Below, piece by piece: positions 8,607 through 16,386 of a stretch of DNA of 32,000 bases (the stretch's first letter is position 1; the number at the start of each line of letters is the position of its first letter). A program made the translations under genes and the position numbers. The stretch covers positions 75,193 through 107,192 of the forward strand of contig NZ_SNUY01000005.1 of NCBI RefSeq assembly GCF_004376175.1. Direction: 5' to 3'. The DNA is from Halalkalibacterium halodurans (lineage in GTDB: Bacteria > Bacillota > Bacilli > Bacillales > Bacillaceae_D). The notes under the pieces are model-generated. The model worked only from the letters and a program-made list of their open reading frames with translations, ran no database searches and was not told the DNA's origin.

Positions 8607-9227
8607 TTGGACGAACTGATCGTACGCCCTTATACTCTTGCTGATTTCGACGGCTTATTAGAAGTGCAAAAAGAAGCATTTCCCCCGCCATTCCCAGAAG
8701 AACTATGGTGGAACCGTGCACAAATTGCTGCCCATGTAGAGTCCTTTCCCGAAGGAGCGAAGGTAGCGGTTATCCGAGACAAAATTGTCGGCTCCGCTAC
8801 TTCGCTATTGATTAAGTATGACGGTAAGCCTCACACGTGGGAAGAAGTGGCCGATAACGGATACATCCAAAGCAGTCATCAGCCTGATGGCGATAGCTTG
8901 TACGGGATCGATTTGTGTGTTCGCCCCAGCTTTCGCGGAAAAGGCGTTGCCAGAGCGTTATATGAAGCTCGGAAACAACTCGTCCGTGAGCTTGGCCTCA
9001 CTCGCTTTGTCGCGGGTTGCCGAATCCCTGGCTACCACCAAGTCGCTTCTCAAATGACAGTCGAAGATTACGTTCAAGCTGTTGTGGATGGAAAGCGTCA
9101 CGACCTAGTTCTTACCTTTATGCTAAAACAAGGATTGCGGCCGTTGCAAATCCTCCCAAACTATTTAGAAGATGACGAATCTCTTCATTATGCCGTTCTT
9201 GTCGAATGGAAAAACCCTGACCTTTAG
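8607..9227 (+). CDS. GNAT family N-acetyltransferase
   Basis: Acetyl-CoA-binding motif A-like segment VRPSFRGKGVARALYEARK. TTG start with AAGGAG upstream. Confidence 0.75.
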   Translation: MDELIVRPYTLADFDGLLEVQKEAFPPPFPEELWWNRAQIAAHVESFPEGAKVAVIRDKIVGSATSLLIKYDGKPHTWEEVADNGYIQSSHQPDGDSLYGIDLCVRPSFRGKGVARALYEARKQLVRELGLTRFVAGCRIPGYHQVASQMTVEDYVQAVVDGKRHDLVLTFMLKQGLRPLQILPNYLEDDESLHYAVLVEWKNPDL

Positions 9228-9364
9228 AAAAGCGTAATGCACCCGCTTAAAAAACGTAGCACCTTATCCGTAGGGAGCCCTCGGGAAGGCCTTAAAGCTA
9301 AACTTGTTTTTGCCAAACTCTATCGCGAAGGCGATGTTTACAAAAGCCCTCCGTTGTGTAAATT

Positions 9365-9667
9365 CTAAAAATCAAGCAAGTTTCCTTTCTCTTCGTCTTG
9401 ACGTTGATCCGAATCTACTGTTTGAAAGGGTGTAGCTGCTTTTGACACAATTTGTTGCCCATGAATCGGTTGTTTGACAGAGACTGATGCAGGGATGCGC
9501 GGCGCTGATACACCCTTTTCTACTCCTTCAAGAAATAAATCACAGTACCCTTTTAAAACGGCAGCGTGCTCCGTGAGCGCATTTTTCTGGTCAGCTTGAA
9601 CTGCTGCCTTTAGTTGCTCTAATTGTTTTTCCATTAGCGTTAATACTTTTGTTGTGGATATTTCCAT
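9365..9667 (-). CDS. Hypothetical protein (possibly YwdI-like by position)
   Basis: ORF with AAAGGAG 8 nt upstream of ATG 9667. Helical N-terminal half, no motif I recognise. The YwdI guess rests on neighbourhood only. Confidence 0.5.
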   Translation of the reverse strand: MEISTTKVLTLMEKQLEQLKAAVQADQKNALTEHAAVLKGYCDLFLEGVEKGVSAPRIPASVSVKQPIHGQQIVSKAATPFQTVDSDQRQDEEKGNLLDF

Positions 9668-9807
9668 CCGTACCACTCCTTTGTTTCTACCAATATCATA
9701 TCATAGCTCGATTGCGATTCGCACATCGCTTCCCCTTAAAAATGCCATAAAGGAATCGAGCGTTTAACTTTCTCCTCTTTTTAGAAAGATAAACTTCATT
9801 AAAGGGG

Positions 9808-9836
9808 AAAAAAGCACCCGACCAGTGTCGGATGCT
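9808..9836 (-). terminator. Terminator of the carboxypeptidase gene
   Basis: AGCACCCGAC-cagt-GTCGGATGCT (one mismatch) followed by a U-run on the minus strand. Confidence 0.75.
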
Positions 9837-9844
9837 TCCGTCGA

Positions 9845-10900
9845 TTATTCTCCTTCTTCCTCTCCGATCGGGCGTTGAAGGGGCAGTTCATCCCAAAAAG
9901 AAGTATCCGCCTCCAGAATCGAACCATCAGCAATGGCTTCCATCGCCGCAGTCATGGCAATCTCTGCCTGCTTAATTAAGTAACCATTGCTCTTCTGTCC
10001 GAGAACCGCTTCCTCTCGTGAATGATCAGTCATTCCCCGCATTTCAAAAAGGAGTGTAGAAAACCCATACGTTGACGCTAACCCATTTCGGGCAATCGTA
10101 TTCGCTGTGCCACCATTATATCTTCCGATTAAGCCAAAGCCTCGCGCTTCCACTGCATCGTACACAACTTTTCCTAACTGTTTCGAACCTTCGACCACCT
10201 CGGGAGTGACACTTGAATTGGTCGGGTAAAGCATCGACCCTGACACATAACGGCCATCAATCGCTTGTGATGTGCCTTGGTGATGAAAATCAATCAAATA
10301 ATCAATGTCATACTTTTGCAATACATTTTCGTGTAAAGCCCTCGTTTCCGGTTGGGTTAAATCCGTATGATCACGATTTAAGTCGACTCCGTTGGCATTC
10401 GTTCGTGTCGAAAGCCCACCACCCACGTAATCTTCTAACTCAAAAAGCACGTCTGCCTCTGCCCCATCAGGATTTAAGCGAGGGACAAACAAAACGTTGA
10501 CGCTATCTGCCAACTCGCGTACTTGGCGACTATTCGTGCTTAAATTTTTTATGACGTTTAAGGCCCCTTCTGTGACCATCTCTTCATTTCCATGCTGCTG
10601 GGTTAGAAAAACAATCGTTGGATTATCAGGGTTCGTACCAAACGTGACGAGAAACAAGTCCCGCCCCATAACCGATTGACCAATTGTCTCTAGCTCTAGC
10701 AAATCAGAGCGAGATGTCACATGTTCTAGAAAGGAGACCATTTCTTCATAGTTCTTGACTCGCTCCTTCTTAATCGTCTCGTTCCCATTATAGTTTGGGC
10801 CATTACCTACAGCAAACGCTTGCTGTATTCCACTTGGAACGACAAACAGACTGAGAATAAGAAAAAGACCACTAATTGCCTTCATCCATGCTTTCGCCAC
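9845..10900 (-). CDS. Secreted zinc carboxypeptidase, peptidase M14 family
   Basis: Signal peptide (AISGLFLILSLFVVPSGIQQAFA), the HxxE zinc motif in FLTQQHGNEEM, NPDG, DLNRDH and a later FHHQG segment. GTG start with GGGAGG 8 nt upstream. Confidence 0.85.
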   Translation of the reverse strand: MAKAWMKAISGLFLILSLFVVPSGIQQAFAVGNGPNYNGNETIKKERVKNYEEMVSFLEHVTSRSDLLELETIGQSVMGRDLFLVTFGTNPDNPTIVFLTQQHGNEEMVTEGALNVIKNLSTNSRQVRELADSVNVLFVPRLNPDGAEADVLFELEDYVGGGLSTRTNANGVDLNRDHTDLTQPETRALHENVLQKYDIDYLIDFHHQGTSQAIDGRYVSGSMLYPTNSSVTPEVVEGSKQLGKVVYDAVEARGFGLIGRYNGGTANTIARNGLASTYGFSTLLFEMRGMTDHSREEAVLGQKSNGYLIKQAEIAMTAAMEAIADGSILEADTSFWDELPLQRPIGEEEGE

Positions 10901-11163
10901 CGTCCATTCCTCCCTTGGTTTATGGTATATGAACGGTTACGACGTAAGAAGGAGAAACCCTTTGCCCTTCTTAAAAATTAAGTGAAAGGTACTAGCCTAA
11001 CATATAGAACGGCGTACCATCCTACCTGCACCTCTGTCATTTATTTGAATATGCGATTGGCTCGATCTAATGTTCCACTTTTGATCAACCCTGGTGAAAA
11101 AGCGAAAAATAACACGTCCCAGACCGAACGTAAACATAGGATTGATCTTTTTTGAACGTGCAA

Positions 11164-11199
11164 AATCGTCCTTGATGGCAGATGCCTACAAGGACGATT
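11164..11199 (-). terminator. Terminator closing the amt-NTase-exonuclease operon
   Basis: Perfect 11-bp stem AATCGTCCTTG / CAAGGACGATT with a 14-nt loop, followed on the minus strand by TTTTG. It overlaps the exonuclease stop codon. Confidence 0.6.
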
Positions 11200-11929
11200 A
11201 TTTACGCTGATGAGCCAAATGGACATAAATGTCTCTTAGCGTTTCAAAACCTGCCTCTTTCGCAGCAGCGATGGCCGCTATCCATAGCTTCGCTGTCATT
11301 AGGGAGTCTTCAAGAGCATGATGACGATTTTGTACAGGAATGGAATAATAGGCACAGCAATCATCAAGGGTGACCAGCTCTTGCGGTGCCACTATTTTCG
11401 TTAAAAACGATGTATCAATCACTCGGTGCTCAAAAGGAAGCTTCATCGTTTGCCAAGTGACATGGGACATAAACGCTTTTTCATGACTGGCATGGTGGGC
11501 CACGAGCGTCGAATGACGAATGAACGCATAAAACGATTCAAGCACGCTCGTTAATGGAGGAGCAGCCTCCAGTTCTTCCACGCTCAAACCTGTTAATTCG
11601 AGGATGTTTTCAGGGGGAACTGTATCGGTATGGACGACAGAATAAAATGTTTCCTCCTCCTGAATCGTTAATCCAACAACTTTGACAGCACCAATCGACA
11701 AAATCCGATCCCCTTGGTCTGGATAAAAGCCGCTTGTCTCCAAATCAAAAACGACGACGGGCAGCTTTTCTAACGGGAGATCCAATACGTCAGATCGCCT
11801 TATCTCCCGTTGCAGCTGTCTGACGTAAGACCATTGTTGAGCAGAGGAAGGTGCCTGAGCCGATGTATAGACATTCGGGCTCAATTTCGAGGATAACTGC
11901 TTCATTAGCTGTACCATTTGATTCATCAT
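11198..11929 (-). CDS. DnaQ-like (DEDDh-type, RNase T/Pol III epsilon fold) 3'-5' exonuclease
   Basis: Motif I VVVFDLETSGF, motif II region LVAHHASHEKAF, motif III HHALEDSLMTAKL. Start is ATG 11929, which overlaps the upstream TGA (ATGA). Confidence 0.85.
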   Translation of the reverse strand: MMNQMVQLMKQLSSKLSPNVYTSAQAPSSAQQWSYVRQLQREIRRSDVLDLPLEKLPVVVFDLETSGFYPDQGDRILSIGAVKVVGLTIQEEETFYSVVHTDTVPPENILELTGLSVEELEAAPPLTSVLESFYAFIRHSTLVAHHASHEKAFMSHVTWQTMKLPFEHRVIDTSFLTKIVAPQELVTLDDCCAYYSIPVQNRHHALEDSLMTAKLWIAAIAAAKEAGFETLRDIYVHLAHQRK

Positions 11930-12936
11930 AACGACCATTCCCTTTTCACAGCTTCCTCGACTGAACGGTATAATTTGTGCCCTGTGACCGTCCATGCTTT
12001 TAACTCATTCCGTTCGTCTTTCGTTAACTGTGTGAGATCAAGATAATGAATTCGCTCATAATTGGGTACATCTTGCTGCCACTCCAATCGTTTGGACAGC
12101 AATTGCTCAAACATTCGCTTTGTTTCATAGACGTCCAAATAACGATCTCGAATCGCTTCATATCTGGCGACTGTTGGAGCCGCTGTAATCTGCTCTTTTA
12201 AGGCTAATAGCCGTAGTGCGTTCACATACGGAAACAACGTTACTTGCTTAATATCGAACAGTCCTCTAGCTGTACCCTTTGATTCAACGAGCAACTGTCC
12301 GAACAGACCGATCCCCTTTTTTAGTCGTTCGGTGTTTTGCATAAATCGTTTTAACAGCTGACGATTCGTTTCGATGCGCTGTAGCAAGTTCACCTTGACG
12401 TCTTCCATTAAATTGGCATCCCCAACGAGAGGGCGCCCATCGAAAAACGTTAACAAATGGCGATAGGCTTCCCACGTGTTTTCTTTCATCCATCGTTGCT
12501 GCTGATCATGCCAAGCCGCTTGACTGCAACACCAGCGCGGATGTGAAGCCATGACCAGCCCATCACACCGTTCATAGCCGACTTTGGCTAGCCCCTCCTC
12601 AATTTCACGGCCTAGAGCTAAAAAATAAGCTTGATTGTCATCATGCTCCTCTAAGTAAAGAAGACCGTGATCTTGATCGCTCCAAATTGACTGTTCCATT
12701 CGGCCGGCACTGCCCATCACAAAGAACACAAAGTGAGTAGGAGGTGCCCCCCACTCACTTTCGATTCGTTGTAGTGCTAGTGCAACGACTTGTTTGATGA
12801 TCTCATCATGACAATGGTTTAACGTCTGATGATCCTTTTTTGTAGAGCTAATCAAGGTCAGCCGATGTTGCAAAAGTTCACCATAACTGTCCGCTGCACG
12901 GATAATGCTCAGATCATCCGACCTTTTCTGAGCCAT
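11926..12936 (-). CDS. Pol-beta-fold nucleotidyltransferase, DUF294-type (GlnD-like NTase plus DUF294_C-like helical domain)
   Basis: MGSAGRMEQSIWSDQDHGLLY matches the G-[SG]-x-G-R-x-E...D-x-D NTase signature. The C-terminal half (GLFDIKQVTLFPYVNALRLLALKE) resembles the DUF294 substrate-binding domain. ATG lies 2 nt after the amt stop, with AGGAG inside the amt 3' end. Confidence 0.8.
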   Translation of the reverse strand: MAQKRSDDLSIIRAADSYGELLQHRLTLISSTKKDHQTLNHCHDEIIKQVVALALQRIESEWGAPPTHFVFFVMGSAGRMEQSIWSDQDHGLLYLEEHDDNQAYFLALGREIEEGLAKVGYERCDGLVMASHPRWCCSQAAWHDQQQRWMKENTWEAYRHLLTFFDGRPLVGDANLMEDVKVNLLQRIETNRQLLKRFMQNTERLKKGIGLFGQLLVESKGTARGLFDIKQVTLFPYVNALRLLALKEQITAAPTVARYEAIRDRYLDVYETKRMFEQLLSKRLEWQQDVPNYERIHYLDLTQLTKDERNELKAWTVTGHKLYRSVEEAVKREWSL

Positions 12937-12938
12937 CT

Positions 12939-14204
12939 TTATGCTCCTGATTTTTCGGAACCTGGCATGCTTTCAGGATATCCGTAGCTTCCATGCTCAC
13001 TTAAGTCAAGACCAATGATTTCTTCTTCTTCTGTTACACGAAGACCACCGAGTACAGACTTACATACAAGGAGTAGTACGTATGAAGCGATAAAAGCGAA
13101 CACACCACAAGCGACAACGCTCAACGTTTGAACGCCTAATTGTGCAAAACCACCGCCGTAGAACAAGCCCGCTTGACCACCGTTCATCTCTGCAAGCTCA
13201 GGAGTGGCAAAGAACCCTGTAGAAAGTGTCCCCCACACCCCGGCCACACCATGGACCGAGAGAGCAAAGATTGGGTCATCAATTTTCGCTTTATCGAAAA
13301 ATTTCATGCTGAAGTAAACGATAAGTCCACCAACAATTCCGATGACAACTGCGGCCCACGGCGCAACGAACGCACATGACGCTGTGATCGCAACAAGACC
13401 AGCTAATGCTCCATTTAAGGTTGTCGGTACATCTGCTTTTCCTGATAGAGCCCATGCAATGAACATGGCAGCGACTGCACCTGCAGCGGCAGCAAGCTGA
13501 GTATTTAACGCAACATAACCGAAGAATGCGTCGGCCACTTCTAGCGTACTACCTGCGTTGAAGCCGAACCAACCGACCCAAAGAAGCAATACACCCAATG
13601 CTGTATACACTTGGTTGTGACCTTGAATATCGTTCATCGAGCCATCTTTGTTGTATTTGCCTAAACGCGGCTTTAATAAGATCGTAGCTGCTAGAGCCCC
13701 CATCGCACCCGTTAAGTGAACGACGGTCGATCCTGCAAAGTCTTGTTTTCCTAAGTCAGCAAGCCAGCCATCTCCCCAAATCCAGTGAGCGACAATTGGA
13801 TAAACGAATGCAGAAAACAAAACCGCAAACAGGATATAGACTGATAGCTTCGCACGCTCCGCAAATCCACCAAACGCAATCGTGAGCGCAATGGCAGCGA
13901 ACATTAATTGGAAAAAGAAATCGACCGAGCCGACTAGTCCCTCTTCAGCCGTTGAGTAATCGCCGAAGAAGAAATCAGAAAGACCGATAAAAGCGTTCCC
14001 CTCTCCGTAAGTGAACCCCCAGCCTACTGCCCAATAAACGAGGGATGCAATCCCAACTGTAAAAATCGTTTTTCCGGCAATATGACCAGCGTTCTTCATT
14101 CTTGTTGAGCCAGCTTCAAGTAAAATAAATCCACCTTGCATTAACAAAACAAGAACGGCACATAGCATAATCCACACGTTATCCATTAAAGCAATGGAAT
14201 CCAT
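12939..14204 (-). CDS. amt: Ammonium transporter (Amt/NrgA family)
   Basis: 11-12 TM protein with LMQGGFILLEAG, AGSTVVHLTGA, WFGFNAGS and HGVAGVWGTL, which are Amt/MEP signatures. Confidence 0.93.
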   Translation of the reverse strand: MDSIALMDNVWIMLCAVLVLLMQGGFILLEAGSTRMKNAGHIAGKTIFTVGIASLVYWAVGWGFTYGEGNAFIGLSDFFFGDYSTAEEGLVGSVDFFFQLMFAAIALTIAFGGFAERAKLSVYILFAVLFSAFVYPIVAHWIWGDGWLADLGKQDFAGSTVVHLTGAMGALAATILLKPRLGKYNKDGSMNDIQGHNQVYTALGVLLLWVGWFGFNAGSTLEVADAFFGYVALNTQLAAAAGAVAAMFIAWALSGKADVPTTLNGALAGLVAITASCAFVAPWAAVVIGIVGGLIVYFSMKFFDKAKIDDPIFALSVHGVAGVWGTLSTGFFATPELAEMNGGQAGLFYGGGFAQLGVQTLSVVACGVFAFIASYVLLLVCKSVLGGLRVTEEEEIIGLDLSEHGSYGYPESMPGSEKSGA

Positions 14205-14266
14205 ATAGCCTCTCCTCCCCTTTGTTACTGTAAGTTTTTCTAATATGAACAGTTGATGTACTCCTT

Positions 14267-14295
14267 ATTATAAGGTCTAAATATTCTGAATCTAC
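14267..14295 (-). promoter_or_regulatory. Candidate amt promoter: perfect -10 TATAAT with a weak -35
   Basis: Minus-strand TATAAT at 14272-14267. The hexamer 17 nt upstream is GTAGAT, a poor -35 as expected for an activator-dependent promoter. Confidence 0.35.
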
Positions 14296-14300
14296 AACCA

Positions 14301-14317
14301 TGTCAGATAATCAGACA
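14301..14317. promoter_or_regulatory. TnrA/GlnR-type box 1: TGTCAGATAATCAGACA
   Basis: Matches TGTNA-N7-TNACA at all but position 13. It is part of a 21-nt near-palindrome CATGTCAGATAATCAGACATG. Its centre is about 49 nt upstream of the start site implied by the TATAAT. Confidence 0.55.
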
Positions 14318-14325
14318 TGGTATTT

Positions 14326-14342
14326 TGTGCCTATATCTGACA
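14326..14342. promoter_or_regulatory. TnrA/GlnR-type box 2: TGTGCCTATATCTGACA
   Basis: One mismatch (position 5) to TGTNA-N7-TNACA. Its centre is 25 bp from box 1. Confidence 0.4.
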
Positions 14343-14355
14343 TTAAGCGCTTACA
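14342..14355. promoter_or_regulatory. cre-like site ATTAAGCGCTTACA
   Basis: On the reverse strand it reads TGTAAGCGCTTAAT, with one mismatch to TGNAANCGNWNNCW. It abuts TnrA-type box 2. Confidence 0.3.
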
Positions 14356-14449
14356 GTTTGATTGTGACAGTCATTGACGTACCAATTGTTTTCAGTCGAA
14401 AAAAATGGACAAACAAGCTAAAATAGAGGAGGAGAGGGAGTGAAAAACA

Positions 14450-14791
14450 ATGTTCATTGATGTCTTTGTCCCTTATTCATTCGTGTTGCGGATACGTCAA
14501 CAGCACTCCACCGAGATGGCAACCGTTTCGTTAACGCTGATCGAGCGAACATTTGGCAAGAAAAATGGCCGCTGGACACAAACGACGACATCCCTTGTCT
14601 CAACGGGAAAAGCATTCTCAATCGACGAGCTAGATCTTCCACAAAGCTGGCAGCTAGAGCTAGCATCAAACGAAGGAAGATTCGAAATAGATCAGCCGAT
14701 TCGACGAGATTGGTTTGACGAATATAAGTACGCTTCACCAGAACGACTTTGGGAACTTTGTAAGAAGCTCTATCCAGCCCTTAGCCTGTAA
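14450..14791 (+). CDS. Hypothetical protein, 113 aa
   Basis: GGAGG-rich RBS region upstream of ATG 14450 and its own terminator downstream. No recognisable motif. The true start could be M23 (MATVSL). Confidence 0.55.
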   Translation: MFIDVFVPYSFVLRIRQQHSTEMATVSLTLIERTFGKKNGRWTQTTTSLVSTGKAFSIDELDLPQSWQLELASNEGRFEIDQPIRRDWFDEYKYASPERLWELCKKLYPALSL

Positions 14792-14792
14792 G

Positions 14793-14825
14793 ACAGTTGC
14801 CCTTGTTTGGGGTAGCTGTTTTTTG
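14793..14825 (+). terminator. Terminator of the 113-aa ORF
   Basis: ACAGTTGCCC-ttgtttg-GGGTAGCTGT (with G-U pairs) followed by TTTTTTG. Confidence 0.7.
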
Positions 14826-14921
14826 TTTCATTCGAGTTAAACTCTAGCGATGGGCGTATGGCACCTCCCATAACGAAGCGCATATATTGAAAGAGACTCT
14901 TACATCAAGGAAGGAGATACT

Positions 14922-16361
14922 ATGGCGATCATTAAGGGAAGTGACTATCTCGAGAGAATTAATAAGCTCCAGAATGAAGTATGGATTGGCGGAGAAAAAG
15001 TGACAGGGGCCATTTCAGAGCATCCTGCCTTTAAAGGCATTATGAAAAGCAAAGCTGCCTTGTATGACCTCTATCACCATTCGGATAAAAAGGATTTGCT
15101 CACATGTTGGGATGAAAAAACAAACGAGTATCATTCTTTTTCCTATTCTCAACCAAAAACAAAAGAGCAGCTTCGCAATCGCCGACAAGCGACACAACTT
15201 CTCGCACGAGAGAGCGGTGGAACAATGGGGCGATCTCCCGATTACATTAATACAGCCATCATGTCTCTCGGTAGTGGAGGAGTTGGAATGCCCAAACCTT
15301 ACGGAGACAACGCGCGAAAAATATTTGAAGAAGCAAGGGAAAAAGACTTCTCCTTTACCCACACGTTTATTAATCCTCAAGTGAATCGCTCTAAGCACTA
15401 CGTGGAGTATTCTAATGAAAAAATTATAGGTGCAAAGGTGATTGACGAAACGGAAGAAGGCGCCATCATCCATGGGGCACGACTCTTAGCGACCCAAGGG
15501 GGAATTACCGATCAACTCCTCGTCCTGCCTGCCGGGGGTAATTTTATCGAGCCTTCGTTTGTGTATGGATTTGCTATTCCTTCCAACACTCCTGGCTTAA
15601 AGTTTCTTTGTCGTGAATCGTACGCACACGGTAAAACAAGCAGCTATGATTACCCATTAACGAGTCATTTTGAAGAAGGGGACGCCGTTGTTGTGTTCGA
15701 TCATGTTCTCGTTCCTTGGGAGCGAATATTCATCTACAGCGACCCGTCCCAAGTTCAGACGATGTATGATGAAACGAACATGAACGTATTACTGCTCTAT
15801 CAAGCAGTCAGCCGACAAGCGGTTAAGTCTGAATGGCTTCTTGGACTAAGCGAATGGATGGTGCGAACGATAAATGTTGTTGAACACCAACACATTCATG
15901 AAAAAATGAGCGAAATGATTATAAGTCTTGAGATCATGAATTCCCTTCTGATTGCAGCAGAAGAAGAGGCTCAGCCAAATAAGCACGGGACGATGATTCC
16001 AGACATTCGCAAATTGGGGGCCGCCTGCAGCTATTATCAAAAAACGTATCCTCGCCTCGTCGATGCACTGCAACAAATCGGTGCTAGCGGGTTTATCTCC
16101 TTACCGTCTGAAGCCGATTTCCATTCATCCATTAAGGAAGATCTCCATCAATATTTGCAAGCAGCCAATGAAGATGCCTATGAGCGGGTGCGCATGTTTC
16201 GCCTTGCGTGGGATTTAACAATGAGCCCGTTTGGATCGAGACAAACGCAATACGAACGTTTTTTCTTCGGTGATCAAGTTCGACTATCTAGTTCTCTTTA
16301 TATGAACTATCCAAAAGAACCATTCGTACAGCAAGTGCAATCGTTTTTAAAAAAACGTTGA
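14922..16361 (+). CDS. 4-hydroxyphenylacetate 3-monooxygenase oxygenase-component family (HpaB-like, two-component flavin monooxygenase)
   Basis: The size (479 aa) and N-terminus (GSDYLERINKLQNEVWIGGEKV...HPAFKG), together with SPDYINT, FTHTFINPQVNRSK and ERFFFGD, are typical of HpaB/YoaI-type proteins. Confidence 0.8.
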   Translation: MAIIKGSDYLERINKLQNEVWIGGEKVTGAISEHPAFKGIMKSKAALYDLYHHSDKKDLLTCWDEKTNEYHSFSYSQPKTKEQLRNRRQATQLLARESGGTMGRSPDYINTAIMSLGSGGVGMPKPYGDNARKIFEEAREKDFSFTHTFINPQVNRSKHYVEYSNEKIIGAKVIDETEEGAIIHGARLLATQGGITDQLLVLPAGGNFIEPSFVYGFAIPSNTPGLKFLCRESYAHGKTSSYDYPLTSHFEEGDAVVVFDHVLVPWERIFIYSDPSQVQTMYDETNMNVLLLYQAVSRQAVKSEWLLGLSEWMVRTINVVEHQHIHEKMSEMIISLEIMNSLLIAAEEEAQPNKHGTMIPDIRKLGAACSYYQKTYPRLVDALQQIGASGFISLPSEADFHSSIKEDLHQYLQAANEDAYERVRMFRLAWDLTMSPFGSRQTQYERFFFGDQVRLSSSLYMNYPKEPFVQQVQSFLKKR

Positions 16362-16386
16362 GGAGACGTCTCTGACATCTCCTCGT

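Noticed and set aside
11041-11373. ORFs 11041-11226 (-) and 11182-11373 (+) near the exonuclease 3' end
   Set aside because: One spans the operon terminator hairpin with no RBS, and the other is antisense to the exonuclease CDS.
11198-12936. Reading the NTase plus exonuclease pair as a CBASS-like or other anti-phage defence module
   Set aside because: There is no effector, no neighbouring defence genes and no mobile-element context. The pair is translationally coupled to amt behind nitrogen-regulator boxes, and the NTase signature is of the GlnD/DUF294 kind. A metabolic or signalling role is the more economical reading, though defence cannot be formally excluded without searches.
15015-16076. 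ORFs 15015-15473 (-), 15064-15384 (+) and 15846-16076 (-) within the HpaB-like gene
   Set aside because: They are alternative or antisense frames of a 479-aa CDS with clear family motifs, and nothing supports them independently.
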